Made by a program: the position numbers and the translations under genes. Of a DNA stretch of 64,000 nt, positions 31,968 to 45,300 are shown one piece after another. Within the stretch, counting starts at the first letter, position 1; every line of letters begins with the position of its first letter. Below the pieces are notes generated by a model. That model saw nothing but the letters and a program-made list of their open reading frames with translations, did no database searches and was not told where the DNA came from. Source of the stretch: Eledone cirrhosa (taxonomy: Eukaryota); NCBI GenBank assembly GCA_964016885.1, contig OZ024740.1, positions 23,622,001 through 23,686,000 of the forward strand, written 5' to 3'.

Positions 31968-32428
31968 ATGCTTCAAGTGAACTATAACCTCCTCCTTTCC
32001 TTACGCCTGAGCCAGGCCCAGTTCACAACTGTAAAGAAACTCTTCCAGCTATCTGAAAAGCGCGCCAAAGCCGGCTGCCAAATAAACTTCATAAAACGAT
32101 GCCTGAATAACAACATCATCCCCCAAACTATCAAAAATTTGCACCTACCAACATGCTTCAAATCACCAACTTCAAATGCAACAACTTCTACGTAGGTAGC
32201 ACCACCAGACCACTTCACATAAGAATAAACGAACACCTCAATACTAACGCTTCCTCATTTAAGAAACACCTAGTTAAATGCAAAAACACCGACAAAACCA
32301 TAACAGTTAGGATAGAAACTAAGGAAAGAAACCTCGGCAATCTTAGAATTAAGGAAGCACTAATTATAGATAAAACACTACCACCTATCAATAATAGACT
32401 AGAACTCAACACCCAATTTATAACCTGA
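31968..32428 (+). pseudogene. PLE ORF with a 2.1-kb internal deletion (N-terminus fused out of frame to EN C-terminus)
   Basis: MLQVNYN...HLPTCFKSP joins via ACTT to KCNNFYVG...NTQFIT*. The deleted span corresponds to 29596-31718 of the long copy. Confidence 0.9.
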
Positions 32429-32825
32429 TAGGGCTTCTAGCCCCACATTTACACACCCCATACACACACACGCACGCACACACACACACGCTTACACCTC
32501 CACTTATTCTCTCTCACACATACACACACGAAACCAGTTCTAACACCAGATAACACCTACCCCCCACATTTACGAATAGACTTATCTTCTCACACGCACA
32601 CACACACACTCACATACTTACACCTTCATGCTTTCTCCCACACACTTAAACAGGCATGTATATAAAAAAATTTAAAACAACCTAAACAAACCCCTTTTAA
32701 AGGGAGACTACTCTTTATCCACCTAATTTTAACTCTTTGACATTAGAGATAGAACAGATACTCTATACTATTTCCTGGCAGCATGGCTTGGCAAGATATT
32801 TAGAACGCTGGTTTGAGACCTTTAT

Positions 32826-32864
32826 TTCCCTCTGAAGAAGAGATATTATCTCGAAAATTAAGGA
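32826..32864 (+). ncRNA. Minimal type-I hammerhead motif in PLE pLTR
   Basis: Same motif as 28921-28958, on the opposite strand. Confidence 0.7.
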
Positions 32865-33034
32865 CGTTTAAAATAAATCTAAGGTAAAAGACGAATTGTC
32901 AACAATATCTTTTGCAATTGCATTCTTTTTCTATGTCCATACCTGCATTGTTTTGGCTTTATTATATATATTCAAACGTTTATACCTCATTAAACAATGC
33001 TTCAAGTGAACTATAACCTCCTCCTATATATATA

Positions 33035-33152
<118 letters not shown>

Positions 33153-33264
33153 ACATATATATATATATGTATATATGTATATATGTACATATATATATAT
33201 ATATATATGTACATATATATATATATATATATATATGTATTTATATATATATATATATATATAT

Positions 33265-33477
33265 GGAGGAAGTTATAGTTCACTTGAAGCATTGTGTAAT
33301 GAGGTATAAACGTTTGTATTTGTAAAGCCCAAACAATGCAGGTATGGACATAAAATATAAATGCAAATGCAAAAGATATTGTTGACAATTAGTCTTTTAC
33401 CTTAAATTTATTTAAATCTCCTTAATTTTCGAGATATCTCTTCTTCGGAGGGAAGTAAAGCGTTTAAACCAGCGTTT
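33265..33477 (-). mobile_element. Diverged solo pLTR of the same PLE family, with a mutated HHR (CCGAAGA)
   Basis: Reverse complement matches about 32800-33024 with multiple substitutions; its 3' end abuts (TA)n. Confidence 0.88.
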
Positions 33478-33486
33478 TATATAGCT

Positions 33487-33569
<83 letters not shown>

Positions 33570-33735
33570 CTTTATTTTTATTTTTATTTTATTTTGATTT
33601 TGATTTAGAATTTGAATTACTGTACAAAAATAGTAAAGTATAATATATGCCACTCCACTGTACATCAATATATACCTATGTATCTGTATGTCTGTTGCGT
33701 TGGAAATGAGGTCAATTATGTGTACAAACATTGGT

Positions 33736-33774
33736 CCGAAGAATCCAATCCTAGGTTTGGATGAAGCAATTGTA
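33736..33774 (+). ncRNA. Degenerate hammerhead motif (separate family)
   Basis: CCGAAGA-AUCCAA(8)UUGGAU-GAAG-CAAUUG-UA followed by AATAAA; two core substitutions. Confidence 0.45.
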
Positions 33775-33879
33775 AGTGAATAAATGCTTTGAACATAGCT
33801 TTGATTCTTGTGAATTCTCTATATATATATATATATAGATATATATTTAATATATATATCTATATATATACATATATAG

Positions 33880-34210
<331 letters not shown>

Positions 34211-34802
34211 ATGTGTGTCTGTGTGTGTAAACATGTATATTGCTATATATATAGAGATGTGTGTGTATCTGCATAGACAGAAAGGAAAAGATAATGTTGT
34301 ACAAAGAGACATTAGAATGGCAAGAATTATACATATATTCTAACAATAAAAACAACAACAACAAGAACACAAATAGTAAATGTTACTTTATGAGCCCCGT
34401 TGCAGACAGAAAATAGTATGACCTCGAAGTCGTGAGCACATGTGGCCTCAGAGATGATTGACTATTAACTCGGCAATGGTCTGGCACATCTGCACCAGTG
34501 AGTAATCTATGTTTGTGCAGATGTGGCGAGCAGTATACGTTTTAGCCATTAGAAAAAGCAAAATGAATTCTTCCCCTGCGAATGAAGGGTTGCATTATTC
34601 AACTTAGTACTCAATATACAAAAGAAAGTAAAGTCTCATTATATTGAACATGTAAGACCGACGAGTATTCTACTATTGAAAGGGTTTAAGCTCCACCATG
34701 GAGCTCACATATTTATGTTATATACAGTCCTGTAGACGCCGTTTCTATATTAAATTTTATATATATATATATTGTTATACTTCTGGGAGGGTCATATTGT
34801 GG

Positions 34803-34991
34803 TAATAATTGTTTCTACTTTTGGCACAAGGCCAGCAATTACCCAGTGCATTGCTGGTACTTTATTTTATCGACCCCGTAAGGATGAAGGCGAAGTCAAT
34901 CTCGGCGGGATTTGAACTCAGATCGTAAAGGGACGTTACTATGCTGGAAAGCATGGCGTCCGACCCTCTACCGATACTGCCAATCCGCGCC
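34803..34991 (-). mobile_element. Full-length SINE family A
   Basis: A-box-like TGGCAGTATCGG, B-box GAGTTCAAATCCC, central core, and (ATT) tail. Confidence 0.88.
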
Positions 34992-35221
34992 TACACATAT
35001 ATATATATAACGGCGATGAATTCGTTTTGCGAGGTTTTTTATATGAAATCGTGTGTCGAAACAAATATATATATACTCACACAAGCACACACAAATATAT
35101 ATATATATTGAGAGAGAGAGGGGGGGGGACAGCGAGAGAGAGAGATACACAACTACACTCCTTATTTCTATATATATGAAGAGATTTATATTACTCATTG
35201 TACTACCTCAAGTATCGAGTA

Positions 35222-36225
35222 CGGTGATTAAGGTGGTAGAAAAGCCAGGAACCACCATAAAATCCCTGATCAGCAAAACCTACCCTTTTAAGAAAACCCA
35301 CTGTACTAATAGGAAATGTATCATATGTAAGGTAAACCCCCGGATAAACTGTAAAACTAGAACCGTAGTCTATAGCATAAGATGTACAGAGGGTACTTGC
35401 AGAAACATGACAACAACACACATAGGCGAGACAGCTCGTAGCATAGATGAAAGGATAGAACAACACTGGGGGGAACTAATATGACGAAAAGACGGTCAGT
35501 ACTATACGAACATGCCAGACAACAACACGGCGGTAACATAGACAACATAGAAATTAGAATAATATCTAAACATAGAAATGAGCCAGCAGATAGGCAAATC
35601 AGAGAGGCCAGTGAAATAGAACTTAGAAGACCAAGACTAAACAGAAAGAATGAATGGAATAACAACAACACCCAAACAAACAACGCTGACCTAAGAGAAG
35701 TATAAATAAATAAATAGATAAATAAATAAATAAATAAATACATACACAAGCACAATAACAACAAACACATATAAACACACACTAGTAAAATTAGAATACA
35801 TTAACCAATACACAGTCACCCAATCACGAACACACATCAAAGAAAACACTATACACACACGCAAACGCATGCGCAAAGAAGACAAAATAAAATAAACAAA
35901 TAAATAAATATATAAACAGACTAAATAAAGATGGCGTAGAAAATACAATGTAACGGGAGGAAACAATAGCATCACTGACGATGTTGCAGATGTGCAACGA
36001 AATAACTTTGATAAACTATATATACGTGTTTGTGTCTATATTGTATCTGTATTATTTTTGACCGTTGGTCAGTCAATGGCAACATTGAGGACCGAATAAA
36101 TTAGATTACCGATAAAAAAGACACAGAAGCGAAAATCGAGAACCAACCAAACAGTGAGTGTGTTCTGTTATTAATTCTGGCAATATTACACAAATATGAC
36201 CCTCCCCAAGTATAACAATTATAAC
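35222..36225 (+). mobile_element. 5'-truncated second PLE family: Cys linker + GIY-YIG fragment, 3' UTR and pLTR
   Basis: CTNRKCIICK..CKTRTVVYSIRC..C..HIGETARSIDERIEQH, frameshift, then VLYEHARQQH..RQIREASEI..PRLNRKNEW. Its tail has an inverted copy at 34771-34800. Confidence 0.88.
35971..36012 (+). ncRNA. Minimal type-I hammerhead in pLTR of the second PLE
   Basis: AUCA-CUGACGA-U-GUUGCA(GAUG)UGCAAC-GAAA-UAAC-UU-UGAU; helix I is AUCA/UGAU. Confidence 0.75.
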
Positions 36226-36226
36226 A

Positions 36227-36302
<76 letters not shown>

Positions 36303-36449
36303 TAGGTTGTAGTAAAATACCAGGTGGACCACAACCCACCAGAGTACTCGAGTACTCGATACTTGGGGTAGTAGAATGAGTAATATGAATCTCTTCATAT
36401 ATATATATAAAAATAAGGAGTGTAGTTGTGTATCTCTCTCTCGCTGTTC

Positions 36450-36533
<84 letters not shown>

Positions 36534-37334
36534 GTGTGCTTGTGTGAGTATATATAGATATATATACATATATATACACATTCATATATGTATACCTACA
36601 TCCACGTCATCGCATTCATAAGTTATATATTGCAACATTGAGAAATCATTAAACATTTTTTTGATTTTTTTAAATCCTACACAACATAAACAAGTTTAAA
36701 ACGAGAATAACATTATAGTATTTCTACTGCTGGTGTTTGCCACCCACCACGTTCCTTCTGTGCTATCGGCGCTCTCCTGCGTCTCTCCTCTAACTACAAT
36801 TATTATTTTATATATACCGTCATAATACAACATTAGAAATATATTAATACTTGGAAAGAGATAGAGATAATATTTTTTATGCGATGATTCTAATATTAAA
36901 TATTATTTGTGTATATTTTTATTTTTTCAAAGGAAAAAAATATAGTGTTCTTCTGAAGCATATCTCTATAATAGTTTGGTAACGCTGGAGATGTTAATGG
37001 TGGAATCTCTTTGTTTGTTTGTTTGTTTTTAAAATGGTGGACTAGGCAATTTTTTGTCGCATGATTAGACAACAAATACAGTATTTATGATTTACACACA
37101 CTCACACACACACACACACACATACATACACATACATACACACAACGACCTTCACACACAGAGGCATACACACACACGCACACATATGTATATATATATT
37201 CATATATATATAGAAAGAGATAGATATATATATAGATATATATATATATGAATATATACGTATACACACAACATATATGTATATCTATATATATGTTGTG
37301 TGTGTATGTATACACATGTATATGTATATGTGTG

Positions 37335-37384
<50 letters not shown>

Positions 37385-37508
37385 TACAAACACAACACAT
37401 ATATAGATATGTATATTTATATATATATAAATATATATATATGTAATAACGCACGCACCCACACATATATATATATATATATAAACACACACATATATAT
37501 ATATATAA

Positions 37509-37541
<33 letters not shown>

Positions 37542-37549
37542 AACACACA

Positions 37550-37586
<37 letters not shown>

Positions 37587-38454
37587 GTATACATGCATGC
37601 ATGTACAAATCATGGCATGGGCATATCATTGAAATATATACATACACTGTCTAGTGTATAGCTATTTATAATCAGGACAGACATATTAAAATGTTACATG
37701 GAAATCGATGAGTTTGATGATGGGAATGTTATGTAGATAATGATGATGCTGTTAGCACTATCTCTACTACTAATGTTGTTTAGTCAGCCTAAATAATAAC
37801 AATAATAATGATAATAATTATAATACTAACCTCTTTGTTAGCCACTTATTGCCACAAGAGATGTGGATAAGGAAACAATACTAAACATATTCATTTAAAA
37901 GATACAATAAGAAACGTCCAATTGTGCGGTCATTCAACTACAGCCAATAAATAGATCCAGAATTAAATTTATTCCAAATGAAATGTCCCTCTCCCCGCGC
38001 ACTTCTCTGTTCTATAGACAAACTGCGGCTGTCACACTTCTTTCAATAAAGGAACTCATCCTGCTTATTAAATATTTCAAGTTACTCAAAGAGGTTGAAG
38101 AGACTCTCGGCAGCCAAAGCCATTCCATTCTTTTGTCCTCTCTCTGGTGGAAGTAGTGAGAACAGAGCTTTTACTCTCAGGTCAGTTTTTCAAATATATC
38201 TTGAAGAGGGAGCCAGGTGTAGAGAAGGAGGTGATAGCGTTCCAGTAAGTGTAAGGAAGGGTAGATGAGACAGATGATATTGGTGCGGATTAATGGAATT
38301 ACACTAAATATTCGGACGTGAGTTGACAACAAGAAATAGAATTCACGTTTATCTGGCTAATCTATAGTAGAGAGGCTCGGCGTGTTGTTATTCTGTACTA
38401 TATTTATTAGTTATTGTTACTAGTGCATTAATGTATCTCTACTGTTTGTTCAGT

Positions 38455-38776
38455 GAAGGTACGTGGCTTTGTGGTTAGGGTATTTGCCTCAATTCTTAAG
38501 GTCGCGAGTTCGATTTCCGGCAGCGCGTGGTGTCCTTCAGCAAGACACTTTATTTTTACGTTGCTCCAGTCCACTCAGCTGACAAGAATCAATTGTATCT
38601 GTAATTGGAACGGTCAACCTTGTCACATTCTGTGTCACGCTGAATATCCCTGAGATTTACGTTAAAGGTGCGTGTGTTTGTGGAATACTCAGCCACTTGC
38701 ACGTTAATTTCCCGAGCAAGCTGTTTTGTTGATCGTATCAACAGCAATACTCCTCGTCGAAACCGACGGAGTGCCA
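38455..38776 (+). mobile_element. tRNA-derived SINE family B
   Basis: GTGGCTTTGTGG (A box), GAGTTCGATTTCC (B box), then GTGTCCTTCAGCAAGACACTT core shared with the copies at 40240 and 55535. Confidence 0.8.
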
Positions 38777-39510
38777 CTATAATTGTTTATGTCAATGTAG
38801 CTCCAACGCTGAGTTCATTTATTCCTTTCTTTACTCATATCACTTGTGGACAATACGAATTGTTTTCGTATTATTTCTTCATTTTTAGACCTTGTGGCCA
38901 ATAAAGAAACTTTAGCAGTATTTGCTATTGAGTAGTCGTTACTTTAACAGGATTGATGATTGATGGTCGTTAGTTGCCAGTGTGGTAAGTGATAGTATCC
39001 TCGTTGGATTATCTTGTTGACATAGACGTGAGGGAAGGTCGCTCGATCTATTTACAATATTCCTTTCGTCAGGTCGCCAATTCCAGCAGCATGGATTATA
39101 GATGTTATTGAGACACGAGTAACATAATAATGATTTCAACAGCAGTAATTAGAGATGAAATGTATGTTTATTTTTGATGTAGCACAAACAATGTTTGTTA
39201 ACTTATATGGTTGAAGTTACAGATAAAAAGAGGTTACAAAAGGGAATGTGCCATTGCGCCGTTAAGCCGGCGAGGCTAGGGTGCAAGATCTCACCGTTAC
39301 ATTATGCATGTTGCTGGCTTGAAGTTTCCGGTACAAGAGGAAGATTCTTCAAATCTTCGCGGGGAATTTCTTTCCCAGGGCGCGTAGGGATACATCCTCT
39401 TCTACTGGCGCTGATTGGCTGAACTGAGCCAAATCACGCACAGAGAATGTATGTGAGCCCGCGGAATGTAGGTCACTACAAAACCATTATTTCTTCAGTA
39501 GTTTCTTCAG

Positions 39511-39940
39511 GGGCAGTGTTTGGCAGTATCGGTAGTTTGTCAGACACCATGCTTTGCAGCATAGAGTTATGGCCCTTTGCGTTCTGAATTCAAATCCGTC
39601 GAGATTAACTTCGCCTTTCATCCTTACCGGGTCGATAAAATAAAATATAAATAATGTACTGGGTAATTGCTGGCCTTGTGTCAAAAGTAGAAGTAACTAT
39701 TACTAGGGGTCGATAAAATAAAATATCAGTAATACACTGAGGTAATTGCTGGCCTTGTGTCAAAAGTAGAAGTAACTATTACTAGGGGTCGATAAAATAA
39801 AATATCAGTAATACACTGAGGTAATTGCTGGCCTTGTGTCAAAAGTAGAAGCAACTATTATTAGGGGTCGATAAAATAAAGTTTCAGTAATACACTGAGG
39901 TAATTGCCGGCCTTGTGCCAAAAGTAGAAACAATTATTTC
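39511..39940 (+). mobile_element. SINE family A with its 3' ~79 bp present in four tandem copies and a target-site duplication
   Basis: Head TGGCAGTATCGG; repeated ggggtcgataaaataaa...ggccttgtgtcaaaagtagaa units; attatttcttcagtagtttc at 39486 and 39933. Confidence 0.88.
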
Positions 39941-40239
39941 TTCAGTAGTTTCATGCTAGTTTCTACAGCATTACAGTGTGCACCCCTTGAGGTGTGTGCA
40001 ATATTGTGTTTTATATATATGGGGATTGTGTTGGGGGGATGTATAGACCGGTTCTGTCAGTATACTACATCAGGATCTATTTTGTTATGAGATTTAGCAT
40101 GTCATTGTTTTACTGCAGTATTTCTTCTGTTGTGTAAGCTGTGTGTACTATGAAATGTGTAATTGCATTGGGTGTTAATTTTGAAGTGTTTATTTCGTAT
40201 TAGTTGCGTTGTTTTAAAATATAAAGTGCTTTATTACAT

Positions 40240-40505
40240 AGTGGTAAGGGTGTTGGACTTACGATCATAATGTCGTGGCTTCGATTTCTGGGCTGGGTTG
40301 CGTGTTGTGTTCTAGAGGATAACACCTCATTTCACGTTGCTCCAGCACTCTCAGTTGAAAATGAATATAAGCAATAACCGGAGGGTTTAACCCAGCGATT
40401 GATTGGCATCCTGTCCAGGAGGGGAGTAATTTACTTTCAGTAGCTGTAAGCCACAAAAATTGGAAAACCACAGTCCTGATGAGCCTCCAAGCTCGAGACA
40501 GACTT
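40240..40505 (+). mobile_element. Diverged SINE (family B-like)
   Basis: tagtggtaagggtg..gcttcgatttctggg..gtgttgtgttctagaggataacac..cacgttgctccag. Confidence 0.65.
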
Positions 40506-40599
40506 TAGAGTTTTTAGATTGTATAATGTAAGTATTGTGTGAGGAGGCTGTTCTATTTAGACTGTGTTTGAACCAATAATGTATTGCGCAATAAGTGAG

Positions 40600-41320
40600 C
40601 TGGTCCTAGAAAAGTTATTGTTTGAATAGTGTGTAGTGTTGTAAATACTGGTATGCCTTTTATGTTTTTGTTCATAAATTTTTATCATGCTCAGTGCCCC
40701 AAAATTACTGGCAGTGATTTAATTTCATACACCACTTTGTGTATTTCAATTTTAACATCCATGTATTTGACAGATTTATCACATCTATTCAGACAATATT
40801 TTGGTCAAAGTATATTGCATGTGCATGTGGTTTTCCCAGTCCTTCTGTATTACGTCTTTGAGACCATTTCTACGTGTGTGTGCACGATAATTGTGGCTGG
40901 TCTTTGGCGTCTACCATGACGGTTACATGTTTATACAAAGTCTTTGTAAATTTCCCCGTAAAAATGTTGACATATTGCCCAGTGGATATACCTGCTACCT
41001 TGATCATGTCTTTGTATATATTTAGACTTGACAATTACTGAGCAGTCGGAGATGAAACGAATGACCGTCTCATTATGTTGGTTGCTCGTTTTGCATTTGT
41101 TATTAGGATCCGTTTTCATTGTTTCAGTCATATGGACTTGTACCAGTCCAGTACTGGGGTCGTTCTTTCTCTATAGAAAAAAATCGGCTGTGTTCAGACC
41201 TGTAGTGGGTTGGGCTCCGCCAGTTTTAAAAGTGATCTTTTTCTTGGTCTTGTACTGAGCATCAGTCCTACCATTTCAGCTTCTAGTCCAGATCCTCTCA
41301 ACCATTACTGGCTTTCATTT
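40600..41320 (-). pseudogene. R4/Dong-type RLE non-LTR retrotransposon 3' relic
   Basis: WLRGSGLEAE..QDQ; C..ETV....SDC......YIQRHDQ....IHWAIC (zinc knuckle and RHD region); LPVIFGAL. Confidence 0.7.
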
Positions 41321-41671
41321 TTGTCTTAAATTCTATCTGTCTATTCCTGCAGAGTATATATTTATAATGGAGTTTTCTCTCTAGTTCTCCTATCGTATCT
41401 TTTGAAATTCTGTTTCATTGTTTTTATTTTGAGAATAAATTCAAGATCTTTCAGATTTCCGATTTTTACAACATTTTTCTTATAAATATTGAAAATTCCT
41501 TAAAACTGTTAATGAGTTATTTTTAAGATGTGGCCAACACTGCCACCTAATCAATTCTCACCATCTCAACTCCCATTGACTGCTTATTTATCGTAAAATC
41601 AATTAATCTTTATCACAACAAAATACTTCAGCAATGTTGGTATAGTCACTGCCCCCTCCGTCTCTCTCGCT

Positions 41672-41857
41672 CTGGCGGTATCGGTAGAGGGTAGGACGCC
41701 ATGCTTTGACGCATAGAGTTACCACCCTTGCAATTCTGAGTTTAAATCTGGCCGAGGTTAACTTTGCCTTTCATCCTTACGGGGGTCGATAAAATAAAGT
41801 ACCAGTAATGTACTGGGATTATTGCTGTCCTTGTGCCAAAATTAGAAACAATTATTA
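41672..41857 (+). mobile_element. SINE family A
   Basis: TGGCGGTATCGG..GAGTTTAAATC..gcctttcatccttacgggggtcgataaaataaagtaccag..aattattat. Confidence 0.87.
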
Positions 41858-41859
41858 TG

Positions 41860-42085
41860 AGGAATTAGCGGATCCACATGGTGGTCGTCCCGTGCCCCTG
41901 GCGGGCAAAATAGAGAAGGCGTTCCACGGAGGAGGGTGAGAGAGAACCGTTGGAAGATCCGTTCCCGTTCGTGAGGCTCACACCTGTGGGTAGCCAACTC
42001 CGTGCCGATGATGGAAAGTAGGAATGTCGTCCTAGGGCCAAGGACACTATAAGTCTCCACTGATACGGGCTCGACCACCACTCAG
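41860..42085 (-). pseudogene. CRE-like RLE endonuclease C-terminal fragment
   Basis: PVSVETYSVLGP....LLS.IG..LA.....P.ER..IFQRFSLTLLRG resembles the recalled CRE-clade PvavEt.G..GP...FQRlS.ai.RGN motif. Confidence 0.6.
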
Positions 42086-42349
42086 AGATATTATTAGTGA
42101 TAATCATTTTAATGTTATTACTGTAGGGACATTCATAAATAGGAAAAGAAAACTTCTTCAATAAATTTGTGTAGATGTGATGAAAGGGTCGAGAAGACAT
42201 TAACTTTCACAACAACAACAACAACAACAAAACTAAGATGAAGGACAAATATACTGAGGAAGGAAGTCTGAATGAAAATAGAAAATGAATGACACTATCT
42301 AAAAGATATTGAAATAATAGCAACAACACAAACCAAATAAAAAATGGAA

Positions 42350-45300
42350 AGAATCAACAATAATATAAAATGATCAACAATTTTCTGAACACCAACCTCA
42401 ATAATAACAAATATAACAACGACAATAACAACAACATCAGATAAACCATTAGCAACACCACCACCAACAACACTACCAACAACATTACCAAAAACACCAC
42501 CAACACCACCAGCACCACCAACAACATTACCAACAACACTACCAACAACACCACCACCAACACCAACACCAACACAACCAACACCACCAACAACACTACC
42601 AACAACACCACCACCAACAACAACACCACCAACGATACTACCAACAACACTACCAAAAACACCACCACCAACACCAACACCACCAACAACACTACCAAAA
42701 ACACCACCACCAACACCAACACCACCAACAACACTACCAACAACACCACCACCAACACCAACACCACCAACAACACTACCAAAAACACCACCACCAACAC
42801 CAACACCACCAACAACACTACCAACAACACCACCACCAACACCAACACCACCAACAACACTACCAACAACACCACCGCCAGCACCAACGCACTACCAACA
42901 ACACCACCACCAACACCACCAACAACACTACCAACACCACCACCGCCAACAACAACATCACCAACACCAACACAACCAACACCACAAACAGCACTACCAA
43001 CAACACCACCACCAACAACAACACCACCAGCAACGCTACCAACACCACTACCAACAACACCACCAGCAACGCTACCAACACCACTACCAACAACACCACC
43101 ACCAACAACACTACCAATACCACCACCAAAACCAACAGCACCCACAAAACTACCAAACAACACCACCACCAACACCAACACCAACACCAGCAACACCACC
43201 AACAACACTACCAACAACGCCACCACCAACACCACCAACAACACTACCAACATCACCACCACCAACACCAACACCAACACAACTAACACCACCAACAACA
43301 CTAGCAAACAACACCACCACCAACACCAACACCAACACAACCAACACCTCCAACAACACTACCAACAACACCACCACCAACAACCAACACCAACACCACC
43401 AACAACACTACCAACACCACCACCAACAACAACACCACCAACAACACCAACACCACCGACAACGCTACCAACACTACCAACAACACTACCAACAACACCA
43501 CCACCAACACCAACACCAACACAACCAACACCACCACCATCAACACCACCAACAACACCACCAACACCACCACCACCAACACCACCAACCACACTACCAA
43601 CAACACTACAACCAACACCACCACCAACACCAACACCAACACAAACACAACCAACACCACCAACAACAGTACCAACAAAACTACCAACACCAACACCAAC
43701 ACCAACACAACCAACACCGCTAACAACACTACCAACAACACTAAGAACAAAACCACCACCAACACCAACAGCAACAACACTACCAACAACACCAACACCA
43801 ACACCACCAACAACACTACCAAACAACACCAACACCAACACCAACACCAGCAACACCACCAACAACACTACCAACAACACCAACACCGACACCACCAACA
43901 ACACTACCAACAACACCAGCACCAACACCAACCCAACCAACACCACCAACAACACTACCAAACAACACTACCACCAATACCAACACCAACACCACCAACA
44001 CCACTACCGACAATATTACCAACAACACCACCACCAACACCACCAACAACACTACCAACAACACCACCGCCAACACCAACAGCACCAACAACACTATCAA
44101 CAACACCACCACCAACAACACTACCAACAACACCACCACCAACAACCAACACCAACACCACCAACAACACTACCAACACCACCACCAACAACAACACCAC
44201 CAACAACACTACAAATCAACACCCCCACCAACACCAAAACCAACACCAACACCAGCAACACCACCAACAACACTACCAACAACACCACCACCACCACCAA
44301 CTCCTCCAAAACCAGCAACAACACTACCAACAACACCACCACCACACCAACACCAGCACAACCAACACCACCAACACCACCAACAACGCTACCAACACTA
44401 CCAACAACACTACCAACAACACCACCACCAACACCAACACCAACACCACCAACACCACCAACAACACCCCCAACACCACCACCACCAACACCACCAACAA
44501 CACTACCAACAACACTACAACCAACACCAACACCAACACCAACACCAACACAACCAACACCACCAACAACAGTACCAACAACACTACAACACCAACACCA
44601 ACACAAAAAACACCGCTAACAACACTACCGACAACACTACCAACAAACCACCACCAACACCAACAGCAACAACACGACCAACAACACCAACACCACCACC
44701 ACCAACAACACTACCAAACAACACCAACACCAACACCAACAACACTACCAACAACACCAACATCACACCACCAACAACACTACCAACAACACCAGCACCA
44801 ACACCAACACCAACACAACCAACACCACCAACAACACTACCAAACAACACTACCACCAATACCAACACCAACGCCACCAACACCACTACCAACAATATTA
44901 CCAACAACACCACCACCAACACCAACAACAACACCAAAACCAACACAACCAACACCACCAACAACACCACCAACAACACTACAAACAACACCACCACCAA
45001 CGCCAACACCACCAACACCACCAACAACACTACCAACAACACCACCACCAACAACCAACACCACCAACAACACTACCCACACAGCCACCAACGCCAACAG
45101 CACCCACAAAACTACCAAACAACACCACCACCAACACCAACACCAACACTAACACCAGCAACACCACCAACAACACTACCAACACTAACACCAGCAACAC
45201 CACCAACAACACTACCAACAACGCCACCACCAATACCACCAACAACACTACCAACAACACCACCTCCAACACCAACACCAACACTACCAACACCACCAAC

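Noticed and set aside
34485-34525. 11-bp stem hairpin CACATCTGCAC/GTGCAGATGTG
   Set aside because: Isolated; too short for a miRNA precursor and no SECIS or HHR core.
35481-35486. TGA read-through (selenocysteine) in the PLE fragment
   Set aside because: Homology continues in another frame, so this is a frameshift rather than an in-frame TGA.
37950-38390. Possible Tx1 or CR1 LINE 3' remnants
   Set aside because: Resemblance too weak to support without a search.
40476-40505. CTGATGAG..GCTCGAGAC hammerhead-like motif
   Set aside because: No GAAA; it lies in a SINE tail.
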